Program-made: the position numbers and the translations under genes | NCBI GenBank assembly: GCA_000091165.1 | Contig: FP565575.1 | Span: 2,610,001 to 2,642,000, forward strand | Origin: Candidatus Methylomirabilis oxygeniifera | Lineage (GTDB): Bacteria > Methylomirabilota > Methylomirabilia > Methylomirabilales > Methylomirabilaceae | Length of the DNA stretch: 32,000 nucleotides | Reading direction: 5' to 3' | Notes under the pieces: model-generated | Database searches by the model: none | Told to the model about the DNA's origin: nothing | Seen by the model: only the letters and a program-made list of their open reading frames with translations | Part shown: positions 18,632 to 27,772 of the stretch, piece after piece | Position numbering within the stretch: the first letter of the stretch is position 1 | Layout of the letters: each line of letters starts with the position of its first letter

Positions 18632-20572
18632 ATGAACCAGAGCGTTGCTCCACCGCTTGCCGGCTTGACCGGCCTTACCGTAGTCTCCTTTGAGAGTCGC
18701 CTGGCTGCTCCGATGGCCGACCTGATCAGCCGTCAAGGGGGTATTCCTGTCTCTGCGCCTGCGCTCCGCGAAATCCCATGTACGGAACATGCGGAAGCCA
18801 ACGAGTTTGCAAAGGCATTACTGGCCGGCCGGATCGATATGGTTGTATGGCTGACCGGCGTGGGCGCCCGCGCCTTGCTGACCGCTGTGGAAGGGACCGT
18901 TTCGCGCGCGGAGTGTCTGGCAGCCCTGAGCCGAATCCCAACCATTGCCCTTGGTCCAAAACCCCAAGCGGTTCTACGGGAACTGGGTATCCCGATTACG
19001 CTGGCTGTTCCGGAGCCGAACACCTGGCGCGAGATTCTGACGGCTATCGACAGCGCGGCTATCCCTCTGCTTGGTCGACGGGTAGCGGTCCAGGAATACG
19101 GTCGCAGCAACCCGGAGCTGATTGCGGGACTGCAGACGCGCGGCGCCAGTGTCCTGCGGGTTCCGGTCTACCAGTGGGCATTGCCCGAGGATTGTGGTCC
19201 TTTGCGGCAGGCGATCAAGGCTATTGCCAATCAGCAGGTCGATCTGGTCCTGTTTACGACCGCTGTACAGGCAGATCATCTGCTGCAGGTCGCGGCGGCG
19301 GACGGTCTGGAGGAGCCGCTGCGAACAGGATTACGCGATACGGTCGTTGCCTCAATCGGCCCCACCTGCAGCAAAGCACTCCGCGAACATGGCCTGACGG
19401 TCGACCTGGAGCCGGAGCATCCCAAAATGGGCCATCTGGTTCAGACGGCAGCGCGACACGCCCACGTGCTGCGGCGGATCAAGCGAGCCGGAACAGTGCA
19501 GGCGACCGGAGGCCGAAGACCGGAGACCGGAGGCGCGAATCTCTTGCAGGAGAGTCCGTTCCTGAAGGCCTGCCGCTTGGAGCCGGCCCCCTATACCCCG
19601 ATCTGGATCATGCGGCAGGCCGGGCGCTACCTTCAGGAGTATCGGGAGATTCGAGGGAAGCTGTCGTTTCTGGAGCTGTGTCATCGACCTGATCTGGCGG
19701 CGGAGGTGACGGTCACGGCCGCCGAGCGGCTCGGTGTGGATGCCGCGATCATCTTCGGCGATATCCTCCTGGTGGTGGAGCCGATGGGGGTCGGGTTGGA
19801 GTTTACTAAGGGGGACGGTCCGGTCATCCATCATCCGATACGGTGCGGGGCCGACCTGAAACGGCTGCAACCGGTCGATGTGCAGGGATCGCTTTCGTTT
19901 CTCTTTGAAGCGGTGCGCCTAGCGCGCGCAGCGCTACCGGCGAATATCCCCCTCATTGGGTTCGCCGGGGCGCCGTTCACCCTGGCATCGTACCTGATCG
20001 AGGGCCGCGGGTCGCGCCAGTATCAACAGATCAAGACGCTCATGTACCGCGATCCCGCTGCGTGGCACGCCCTCATGGAACGGCTGTCCGATGTCGTATC
20101 CGACTACCTGAATGGTCAGATCGCCGCGGGGGTCCAAGTGGTGCAGTTATTCGATAGCTGGGTCGGCTGTCTGAGCCCTGACGACTATCGGGAGTTCGTC
20201 CTGCCCCACACGAAACGGGCTATCGCGCGACTTGTACCCGGCGTGCCGGTCATTCACTTCGGGACCGACACGACATCGCTGCTGCCGCTGATACGGGAGG
20301 CCGGCGGGAATGTGATCGGACTGGACTGGCGAGTGGATCTTGGGGAGGCCTGGGCCGGGCTAGGATATGAGGTCGGTGTACAGGGCAACCTGGATCCGGT
20401 GGCGCTATTCGCCGAACCCGATAAGATTCGCCGCCAGGCCGATCGGATTCTTGAGCGGGCAGCGAAACGACCAGGCCACATCTTCAATCTCGGTCATGGC
20501 ATCCTCCCGCAAACCCCCGTAGACCACCTGCGCGTGCTCATCGACTATGTCCACGAAGCGACAGCAAGGTGA
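18632..20572 (+). CDS. hemDE: Fused uroporphyrinogen-III synthase (HemD) - uroporphyrinogen decarboxylase (HemE)
   Basis: N-terminal ~270 aa HemD-like (LAAPMADLISRQGGIPVSAP..., VDLVLFTTAVQADHLLQVA, SIGPTCSKALREHGL); C-terminal complete HemE (PIWIMRQAGRYLQEYREIR, SDILxx-like FGDILLVVEPMGVGLEF, FAGAPFTLASYLIEGRGS, FDSWVGCLSPDDY, NLGHGILPQTP). Confidence 0.93.
   Translation: MNQSVAPPLAGLTGLTVVSFESRLAAPMADLISRQGGIPVSAPALREIPCTEHAEANEFAKALLAGRIDMVVWLTGVGARALLTAVEGTVSRAECLAALSRIPTIALGPKPQAVLRELGIPITLAVPEPNTWREILTAIDSAAIPLLGRRVAVQEYGRSNPELIAGLQTRGASVLRVPVYQWALPEDCGPLRQAIKAIANQQVDLVLFTTAVQADHLLQVAAADGLEEPLRTGLRDTVVASIGPTCSKALREHGLTVDLEPEHPKMGHLVQTAARHAHVLRRIKRAGTVQATGGRRPETGGANLLQESPFLKACRLEPAPYTPIWIMRQAGRYLQEYREIRGKLSFLELCHRPDLAAEVTVTAAERLGVDAAIIFGDILLVVEPMGVGLEFTKGDGPVIHHPIRCGADLKRLQPVDVQGSLSFLFEAVRLARAALPANIPLIGFAGAPFTLASYLIEGRGSRQYQQIKTLMYRDPAAWHALMERLSDVVSDYLNGQIAAGVQVVQLFDSWVGCLSPDDYREFVLPHTKRAIARLVPGVPVIHFGTDTTSLLPLIREAGGNVIGLDWRVDLGEAWAGLGYEVGVQGNLDPVALFAEPDKIRRQADRILERAAKRPGHIFNLGHGILPQTPVDHLRVLIDYVHEATAR
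19501..19536 (+). repeat. Degenerate low-complexity tract inside hemD-hemE linker
   Basis: ggcgaccggaggccgaagaccggagaccggaggcg, encoding ATGGRRPETGG. Confidence 0.7.
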
Positions 20573-21509
20573 CGTGGTCCCGCCGTGTGACGCCGTCCTG
20601 ATGATCGCCTTTGGGGGTCCTACGAAGTCCGAGGAGATCCGCCCATTTCTCGCCAATGTGCTTCAGGGTGTACCGGTCCGACCGGAGCGGCTGGAGGAGG
20701 CGGCCCGTCACTACGAAGCGCTCGGTGGCCGGTCTCCCATCACTGAGTTGACCTTTGGGCAGGCGAAGAGCCTGGCTGCGCTGTTGGAGCGCGAGGGGTC
20801 GAGGCTGCCCGTCTATGTTGGGATGCGCTATTGGCATCCCTTCGTTACCGAGACGGTGGAGCAGATGGTTCGGGATGGCAGACGGCGTGCAGTCGCGTTG
20901 ATCATGGCGGCACACGATTCCGGAGCGGCAGGCTGGAACAGATCGGTAGCGGCGGTAACCACCGCGCTTGACATTGCCGGTCCCAGCGCGCCGAAAGTGG
21001 ACTTCGCTCAGCCATGTTATGACCACCCGGATTTTATCACGGCGATGGCCGAGCGGGTTTACACGCAACTGCAGGCGATCCCCCATACTCACCGCCACGG
21101 AACGCCGCTGGTCTTTACGGCGCACAGCATCCCGGCTTCAATCGCCGCCTCATCGCCCTATGTGCAGCAACTCGAGACATCCTGCCGACTTGTGGCGGAG
21201 GTCTTGGGGCATCCCTGCTGGTTCCTGGCCTATCAGAGCCGCAGCGGCGATCCCAGAGAGCCGTGGCTTGAGCCCGATGTGGCCAACGTCCTGCGCACGC
21301 TCCATACCGAGGGCCACCGGTCGGTGGTGGTGGCCCCCATCGGCTTTGTATGCGATCACGTTGAGGTGCGCTACGATCTGGACGTGGAGGCCAAGGCGCT
21401 GGCCGACACGCTCGGGATCGATTTCAAGCGGGCCGGCACGGTGAACGATCATCCTCTGTATATCCGCACCCTGGCCGATCTGGTGCGTCGGCGTATGGCG
21501 CAGGGCTAG
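20547..21509 (+). CDS. hemH: Ferrochelatase family protein
   Basis: AVLMIAFGGPTKSEEIRPFLANVLQG, YVGMRYWHPF, FTAHSIP, YQSRSGDPREPWLEP, VVAPIGFVCDHVEVRYDLDVEA. ATG at 20547 overlaps hemDE by 26 nt; an alternative GTG start lies at about 20574. Confidence 0.93.
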   Translation: MSTKRQQGDVVPPCDAVLMIAFGGPTKSEEIRPFLANVLQGVPVRPERLEEAARHYEALGGRSPITELTFGQAKSLAALLEREGSRLPVYVGMRYWHPFVTETVEQMVRDGRRRAVALIMAAHDSGAAGWNRSVAAVTTALDIAGPSAPKVDFAQPCYDHPDFITAMAERVYTQLQAIPHTHRHGTPLVFTAHSIPASIAASSPYVQQLETSCRLVAEVLGHPCWFLAYQSRSGDPREPWLEPDVANVLRTLHTEGHRSVVVAPIGFVCDHVEVRYDLDVEAKALADTLGIDFKRAGTVNDHPLYIRTLADLVRRRMAQG

Positions 21510-21529
21510 CGCACCCTCGACGGACGTCA

Positions 21530-23017
21530 ATGGCGACGGAACAGCACAGCGGCAGCAGGCGTATCGTGGTGGTGGGGAGCGGCATCGCGGGTCTGGCTGC
21601 CGCCTATCGGCTGCAGGAGCGGTGCGAGCAGGACGGCCCGCCTTGCGAGGTGCGCGTATTGGAGGCCGCTGCACGGCCCGGCGGTGCGATCAGTACCACG
21701 CACCGGGATGGTTTTGTTCTTGAATCTGGGCCCGATACCATTTTCACCGATAAGCCGTGGGGATTGGATCTGATCAGACGCCTCGGTCTGAGCGAGCAGG
21801 TCATCGGGACCAATGAGGCGCACCGCCGGACCTTTGTTGTGCGGGACGGCGCACTGCACCCGCTGCCCGAAGGGTTCGCCTTGATGGGGCCGACCAAGCC
21901 TTGGCCGTTTCTGCAATCAGGGCTGCTGTCATGGCGCGGCAAGGCAAGGGCGGCTCTGGACCTGGTACTGCCGCGAGGGGGACCATCCGACGACGAGAGC
22001 CTGGCGTCGTTCGTTCGGCGTCGTTTCGGACAGGAGTTTCTCGATCGGCTGGCCCAACCGATGATCGGTGGAATCTATGGCGCCGACCCGGAGCGGTTGA
22101 GTCTGCGCGCTACCTTCCCGCAGTTTCTGCAGATGGAAGCGACGCATCGCAGCGTGATCCTCGGCCTGCGACGAATGCGCCCCGCCGGCCGCGGCGTAGG
22201 TCATACCAGCAGCGGCCCGCGCTATGGCCTGTTTGTCACGCTGGATCACGGGCTGCAGGCCCTCGTCGATGCCATGGTAAAAAGGCTGCCGGCTGGGACG
22301 CTGCGTCTCCGCGCGCCGGTTGATAGAATCGCGCACACAGAGCAAGGCTGGACCGTTCGACTTGGAGACGGCGCGAGCCTGCAGGCCGATGGCCTTATTC
22401 TCGCCGTCCCCGCATTTGAGATTGCCAGGCTTACCCACGACCTGGACCAAGACCTGGCTCGTCAGCTCGAGGCCATGCCCTACGCCTCTTCGGTCACGAT
22501 CAATCTGGCCTATCGTAGAGAGGCGATCCACCATCCGCTCGACGGGTTTGGATTTGTGGTGCCGGCCTGCGAGGGGCGCACCATCATTGCCTGTTCGTTC
22601 AGCAGCGTGAAGTTCGCTCATCGGGCGCCGGCCGGTCACGTCCTGCTGCGTGCCTTCGCGGGCGGCGCGCTGCAGCCGGAGCCGTTCACCTGGGATGACG
22701 AGACGCTGCTGAGCGCAGTGCGCCGCGATCTGGAGGAGCTGCTGGCGATTCACGCGCCGCCTTTGTGGAGCCAGTTGGTCCGACATCCTCGTGTGATGCC
22801 CCAGTACCAGGTCGGCCACCTGGGCCGGTTGGCGGCGCTCGAAGAGACGCTTCGGCGGTGGCCGACCCTCAAGCTGACCGGTAACGCCTACAGAGGTGTC
22901 GGTGTGCCGGATGTGGTTCACAGCGGGGAGACGGCCGCCGATTCATTATTGGCAGAGCTGGCCCCGTCACCGACCGAGCCGACCCCCGCTTGTACCGAAG
23001 GCGATTCTCGCCTATAA
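21530..23017 (+). CDS. hemG: Protoporphyrinogen/coproporphyrinogen oxidase, HemY-type FAD enzyme
   Basis: RRIVVVGSGIAGLAAAYRLQ dinucleotide fold, LESGPDTIFTDKP, SFVRRRFGQEFLDRLAQPMIGGIYGADPERLSLRATFP, C-terminal GNAYRGVGVPDVVHSGE. Confidence 0.93.
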   Translation: MATEQHSGSRRIVVVGSGIAGLAAAYRLQERCEQDGPPCEVRVLEAAARPGGAISTTHRDGFVLESGPDTIFTDKPWGLDLIRRLGLSEQVIGTNEAHRRTFVVRDGALHPLPEGFALMGPTKPWPFLQSGLLSWRGKARAALDLVLPRGGPSDDESLASFVRRRFGQEFLDRLAQPMIGGIYGADPERLSLRATFPQFLQMEATHRSVILGLRRMRPAGRGVGHTSSGPRYGLFVTLDHGLQALVDAMVKRLPAGTLRLRAPVDRIAHTEQGWTVRLGDGASLQADGLILAVPAFEIARLTHDLDQDLARQLEAMPYASSVTINLAYRREAIHHPLDGFGFVVPACEGRTIIACSFSSVKFAHRAPAGHVLLRAFAGGALQPEPFTWDDETLLSAVRRDLEELLAIHAPPLWSQLVRHPRVMPQYQVGHLGRLAALEETLRRWPTLKLTGNAYRGVGVPDVVHSGETAADSLLAELAPSPTEPTPACTEGDSRL

Positions 23018-23099
23018 TCTTGTACTCCGGGGCCAAATACGAATGGGCAAGTCGATCCAGCGAGTGACCCAGCCGTAAGCGCGAATAAGGAGATCACCT

Positions 23100-24368
23100 A
23101 TGCACGCAAGAAAGATCGTTATCCTGTGTGGGTTCATGGCCGCTATAATCTTCAGTGCGGGTTGCGCGACCACGCTGTCGAAGGTCGCCTATATCGTCTC
23201 GGAAGATCAGGGAACAACCTCGGTTCTGGTTCAGAACGCCGATGGCAGTAATCCCGTCCGCGTTCCGGGCCTGTCCGGGGTAATCTCGGAGATTGCCATA
23301 TCGCCTAGTGGCCAGCGGCTGGCCTATGTGATTGGCGGAACCACCACCGGCCTCGAACAGGTGTTTGTCGCCGAACTGGATGAACACAGTAACATCGTAG
23401 GGGTCAGACGCAACGTTTCGGATGAACTGCCGACCGCGAGAAGCTTCTCGCCGAAGTTTCTCGACGACAATCATCTCCTGTATCTTTCGGAGAACCAGGG
23501 TGACCGGATTCTGGTTCTGATAGATTTACTCACCGGAGGTAAGCAGAAGATCTCCGCGATCAGCGGAACGATCGACACGGTGATCCGGTACAACATTGAC
23601 GACAAAGACGCCCTCTTTTTTGGGCTGAACAAGGAGATGCGACGATTTGACCTTCCGACCGGGCCGCTTCGGTCGGTTGTGGCGAATACGGGGAGCGTCT
23701 CCGCGCTGACCTATGAGAAGATGGGGATTTTTGAGAATTCCCTTATTTTTAGTACTCAGGTCACTCCCGAGGAACGGGTCATCTCACACATGCGTCTGGA
23801 TGGAACAGGGCTCAAGGTTGTTGCTGAGGTCCCCTCTGAACTGGTTTTTTCGATCATTAGGCTGGCGCAGGAACCGGCATCGCGGGTCCAGCGATTCGGT
23901 CTGTTTGACTTCACTCTGGTGACAAGGCCCGAGGACGAGGCAGACCTGATTACGCTGGAAGGCTACGAGATAACCGCACAGAAGATCACTGAACGGCACC
24001 TCTTCTGGGTCGTGCGAGATCTGCGGAGCCCGGACCTGGTCCGTGCGGTCTACGCGGCGAAGGGCTTAGAGGATCTTAGAACAGGGGCCCACGGAAGATC
24101 GGTCTACCTCGCATCGACGGGGAACATGCTGGTCTGGTATGATCCTGCCAACAAAAAGATATGGGGCGTGCCGATCGACCAGATCGGCGAGAATCCGGTC
24201 GATCTCTCGGCCGGCGTAACCAGAGTGGCCAATCGTCCTTTTTCGATTTCAGCAAACAATATCGGTGTAGTTACTGAAGAGGGGAAGCTCTATTTACTTT
24301 CAACCAACCGCACGTCGCTGCCCCGCTTGTTGGGGCAGGGAATTCACATGAGCATCACCCGCCCGTGA
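23100..24368 (+). CDS. Lipoprotein with TolB/WD40-like beta-propeller repeats
   Basis: Signal peptide with lipobox FSAGC; ISEIAISPSGQRLAYVIGG and further propeller-like blades; function unknown. Confidence 0.6.
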   Translation: MHARKIVILCGFMAAIIFSAGCATTLSKVAYIVSEDQGTTSVLVQNADGSNPVRVPGLSGVISEIAISPSGQRLAYVIGGTTTGLEQVFVAELDEHSNIVGVRRNVSDELPTARSFSPKFLDDNHLLYLSENQGDRILVLIDLLTGGKQKISAISGTIDTVIRYNIDDKDALFFGLNKEMRRFDLPTGPLRSVVANTGSVSALTYEKMGIFENSLIFSTQVTPEERVISHMRLDGTGLKVVAEVPSELVFSIIRLAQEPASRVQRFGLFDFTLVTRPEDEADLITLEGYEITAQKITERHLFWVVRDLRSPDLVRAVYAAKGLEDLRTGAHGRSVYLASTGNMLVWYDPANKKIWGVPIDQIGENPVDLSAGVTRVANRPFSISANNIGVVTEEGKLYLLSTNRTSLPRLLGQGIHMSITRP

Positions 24369-24428
24369 CTCGCCTCCACGTCGCGAGGGGAGAATGCAGG
24401 CAAAGGGCGCTGTATAGTTGAGGAGGGA

Positions 24429-26105
24429 GTGATGACGTTCGATCCGAGACATAAGAGCCGTACGCTGTTGGATGGGCCGGATCGCGCGCCGGCACGGGCG
24501 ATGCTCAAGGCCATCGGTTTCAAGGACGAAGATCTTACGCGACCGCTCGTCGGCGTGGCCCACTGCTGGATCGAGGTGATGCCCTGCAACATCAACCACC
24601 GGGCGCTGGCCGAGCGGGTCAAGGCAGGCATTCGGGCGGCCGGTGGAACCCCGATCGAGTATAACACGATCGGGATCTCCGACGGAATCTCCATGGGCAC
24701 CGAAGGGATGAAGACGTCCCTGGTGAGCCGGGAGGTTGTAGCCGACTCCGTCGAATTGGTGGCCAGAGGACACCTATTTGACGGCTTAGTCGCCATCTCC
24801 GGCTGTGATAAAACGATTCCTGGTACGGTCATGGCGTTGACTCGTCTGAATATCCCTGGCCTCATGCTCTATAGCGGCTCTACCGCCTTCGGCGAATACG
24901 ATGGTCGCCATCTCACGATCCAGGATGTCTTTGAGGCGGTGGGTGCCTACAATGTCGGTAAGATGCCGTCCGAGGAGCTTCGTGCCATTGAGAACTGCGC
25001 CTGCCCAGGCGCCGGCGCCTGCGGCGGTCAGTTTACCGCCAACACCATGTCTACCGCCTTTGAGATGCTGGGCATCTCACCGATGGGCTGGAACGGCGTC
25101 CCGGCGACGGATGCCCAGAAGGAAGAGGTCGCCTTCGAGAGTGGGAAGCTGGTCATGGAGCTGCTGCGGCACGGCATCACACCCAAGCGGATCCTTACCC
25201 GTAACGCCTTTCGCAACGCCATCGCCGGTGTGATGGCTACGGGCGGATCTACCAACGCTGTGCTTCACCTGATCGCTGTGGCCAAAGCCGCCGGTGTCAA
25301 GCTGTCGTTGGACGATTTCGATCGGATCTCGAGAAAAACTCCGCTCCTGGCTGACCTGAAGCCGTGGGGACGCTTTACTGCCCCGGACATGTACATGGCG
25401 GGCGGCATGCCGGTGGTGGCTAAACGCCTGCTTGATGCCGGCCTCCTGTATGCCGACGAGCTGACGGTCACCGGTAAGACGATCGGGAAGGAGGCGCGGG
25501 CTGCGCGCGAGACCCCGGGACAAGCGGTCATCTATCCGCTCCGGAAGCCGATCAAACCGACCGGAGGGATGGTCATCCTGAGAGGTAATCTTGCGCCGGA
25601 CGGGTGCGTGGCGAAGGTCGCCGGTCATGAGCGGATGGTCCATCGCGGCCCGGCGCGGGTCTTTAACCGGGAGGAGGACGCTTTCATCGCCGTCAAGGCC
25701 GGGAAGGTCAAGGCGGGTGACGTCGTCGTGATCCGCTACGAGGGGCCCAAGGGCGGGCCGGGGATGCGCGAGATGCTTGGGGTCACCGGGGCGCTTGCCG
25801 GTGCTGGCCTTCTGGACTCCGTAGCCTTGATGACGGATGGGCGGTTCTCGGGCGCGACGCATGGCCTGATGATCGGGCACATCGCGCCTGAGGCGGCGGT
25901 GGGCGGACCGATCGCCGCACTGCGCACGGGGGACACCGTCCTCCTCGACATCAACAAGCGTCGCCTCGACGTCGAACTATCGGCCGCCGAATTGAAACGG
26001 CGGCTCCGAACATGGAAGCCACCCGCTCCCCGCTATAAGAGCGGTGTTATGGCCAAGTACGCCCGCACGGTCTCGTCGGCGTCGGAGGGCGCCGTTACCG
26101 ATTGA
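24429..26105 (+). CDS. ilvD: Dihydroxy-acid dehydratase
   Basis: [92 protein letters not shown]. Confidence 0.97.
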   Translation: MMTFDPRHKSRTLLDGPDRAPARAMLKAIGFKDEDLTRPLVGVAHCWIEVMPCNINHRALAERVKAGIRAAGGTPIEYNTIGISDGISMGTEGMKTSLVSREVVADSVELVARGHLFDGLVAISGCDKTIPGTVMALTRLNIPGLMLYSGSTAFGEYDGRHLTIQDVFEAVGAYNVGKMPSEELRAIENCACPGAGACGGQFTANTMSTAFEMLGISPMGWNGVPATDAQKEEVAFESGKLVMELLRHGITPKRILTRNAFRNAIAGVMATGGSTNAVLHLIAVAKAAGVKLSLDDFDRISRKTPLLADLKPWGRFTAPDMYMAGGMPVVAKRLLDAGLLYADELTVTGKTIGKEARAARETPGQAVIYPLRKPIKPTGGMVILRGNLAPDGCVAKVAGHERMVHRGPARVFNREEDAFIAVKAGKVKAGDVVVIRYEGPKGGPGMREMLGVTGALAGAGLLDSVALMTDGRFSGATHGLMIGHIAPEAAVGGPIAALRTGDTVLLDINKRRLDVELSAAELKRRLRTWKPPAPRYKSGVMAKYARTVSSASEGAVTD

Positions 26106-26224
26106 GAAGCTGTCAGCACCAGGCGCAAAAGGCTGAAGGTAGATAGACTGAAGGTTTCGAGAATTCTTAAGCCTTCAGTCTTCAGCCTGACCACCTGCTT
26201 TTAACGTTGAGGGCTGCTGTTAAA

Positions 26225-26860
26225 ATGGAATGGCTCTGGAGTCTCTTTCACACCGTCTATGATGTAGAAGGCCTGGTCCGCGTCGGCGGCCTCATGGCGC
26301 TTATCGTCATCGTCTTTGCGGAGACCGGCCTTCTGATCGGCTTTTTTCTGCCCGGTGACTCTCTGCTGGTTACGGCTGGACTGTTCGCGGTCAGCGGCCA
26401 TCTGGAACTGTGGAGTCTGTTCCTGTTTGTCAGCCTGGCCGCTATTGTGGGCGATGCAGTCGGCTACTTTATTGGGGTGAGAACCGGTCCCAGAATCTTC
26501 TCCAGAGAAGATTCCCTCCTCTTTCACAAGAAACACCTCATCAGTACCAAAGAGTTCTACGATCGCCATGGCGGCATCACCATCGTTCTTGCCCGGTTCA
26601 TGCCGATCCTCCGCACCTTTGCGCCCGTCGTGGCGGGGGTCGGCAATATGCAGTACGGTCGATTCGCCCTCTATAACGTGATGGGTGGGATCGGATGGGT
26701 CGTCAGCATGACCTCCATCGGCTATTTCCTGGGTAAGACCATCCCGGATATCGATCGATATATCCACGTGGTCATTGCCGCAGTGATCCTACTTTCCTTG
26801 ATTCCCGGGGTGATCGCATTTCTGCGAAGCAGGCGGCGGGTTCGCACGCTTTCTCTATAG
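26225..26860 (+). CDS. DedA family (SNARE-associated) membrane protein
   Basis: VFAETGLLIGFFLPGDSLLVTAGL, VGDAVGYFIGVRTGPRIF, KTKEFYDRHGG-like STKEFYDRHGGITIVLARFMPILRTFAPVVAG. Confidence 0.93.
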   Translation: MEWLWSLFHTVYDVEGLVRVGGLMALIVIVFAETGLLIGFFLPGDSLLVTAGLFAVSGHLELWSLFLFVSLAAIVGDAVGYFIGVRTGPRIFSREDSLLFHKKHLISTKEFYDRHGGITIVLARFMPILRTFAPVVAGVGNMQYGRFALYNVMGGIGWVVSMTSIGYFLGKTIPDIDRYIHVVIAAVILLSLIPGVIAFLRSRRRVRTLSL

Positions 26861-27232
26861 CCCCCCATGGGTACGGAAGCCATGAGCCTTCAGCGGTCAG
26901 CTATCAGCTTTTTCAGTCCGTTCTCTGCTTTTTATGAGGCCAAGAGATGAATTATGATCGTTAAACGCTAGTTATCGAACTTTTCTGGACTTTTCTCCAA
27001 TGTGGCCTCACCCTGTCAATCTAGTGAGGCTGCTGTTTTTTTAGGCTTGCCTCGCTTCAAGAGGCGGGTTATCTTTACTCTGTACTCGCTCCACGCGAAC
27101 CTCTCTTTGCGGACGATCATCCGAGACAATACCGATAGCGACGAGTTCTTTACCGTTTGGGACGCCGCAGTATAAGATTTTCCTGTCATCATGATGGCTG
27201 GGCCCGCCCTCTTCACGCGGTATCGATGATGG

Positions 27233-27772
27233 TTGACGGCAATGGATCTATATCTTAGCGAGAATGCCTTCGTCGGACTGTTGGTCTCGACGATCGAGGT
27301 CTATCGAAAGGAATGCTTCGGTGTGCTCCTGGGCCAGGTGACGTCCGACCGGGTTCTGGTCGATTTCGTCGTGCCGTACCAGACGGCCAACCGGAAGTTC
27401 CGCGAGGTACACGTCGATCTGATGCGGAGTCAACGGGTCGAGGAGGCCGTCAGGAGCACCTCGCGCTGGGAGTGTGTGGGCGACTACCACTCCCACCCGA
27501 TGTACGGCACAGCCAGGGCGACCACGACGCTGAGTGCGGTCGATCGAAAGTTCTTCAAGGATGAGAATATCGCGATTGTCGTGGCCATTAACGATTCGGC
27601 GCGGCAGCAGCGGTGGAGCTACGTGCGGGGCGGTGGTGTGTCCGGCAGTATTAACGGGTACAATATCCGGATCGCAGGTTACCACAAGGCAAACGGGACC
27701 ATCGAGCGAGCGCCGGTCCACTGCCCGTATGCCATTGGGTTTCAGGCCAAGGAGTTGAACAACAAGGAGTGA
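27233..27772 (+). CDS. JAMM/MPN (Mov34/JAB) domain putative metalloprotease
   Basis: ECFGVLLGQV glutamate region plus HxH-x(n)-S-x2-D motif: GDYHSHPMYGTARATTTLSAVDRKFF. Confidence 0.8.
   Translation: MTAMDLYLSENAFVGLLVSTIEVYRKECFGVLLGQVTSDRVLVDFVVPYQTANRKFREVHVDLMRSQRVEEAVRSTSRWECVGDYHSHPMYGTARATTTLSAVDRKFFKDENIAIVVAINDSARQQRWSYVRGGGVSGSINGYNIRIAGYHKANGTIERAPVHCPYAIGFQAKELNNKE

Noticed and set aside
18512-18790. 92-aa minus-strand ORF upstream of hemDE
   Set aside because: Overlaps the hemDE start and passes through the low-complexity spacer; no motifs.
18778-19692. 304-aa plus-strand ORF inside hemD-hemE
   Set aside because: Alternative frame of the fused hemDE gene; composition (G/R/S/P-rich) and lack of motifs indicate an out-of-frame shadow.
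21929-22921. 330-aa minus-strand ORF antisense to hemG
   Set aside because: Fully overlaps a confidently identified FAD oxidase; no recognisable domain; typical shadow ORF in GC-rich DNA.
25077-25880. 267-aa minus-strand ORF opposite ilvD
   Set aside because: Antisense shadow of a highly conserved coding sequence.
27016-27216. 66-aa minus-strand ORF between the DedA and JAMM genes (MKRAGPAIMMTGKSY...)
   Set aside because: No recognisable domain or coupling; could be a decayed gene, but unsupported from sequence alone.
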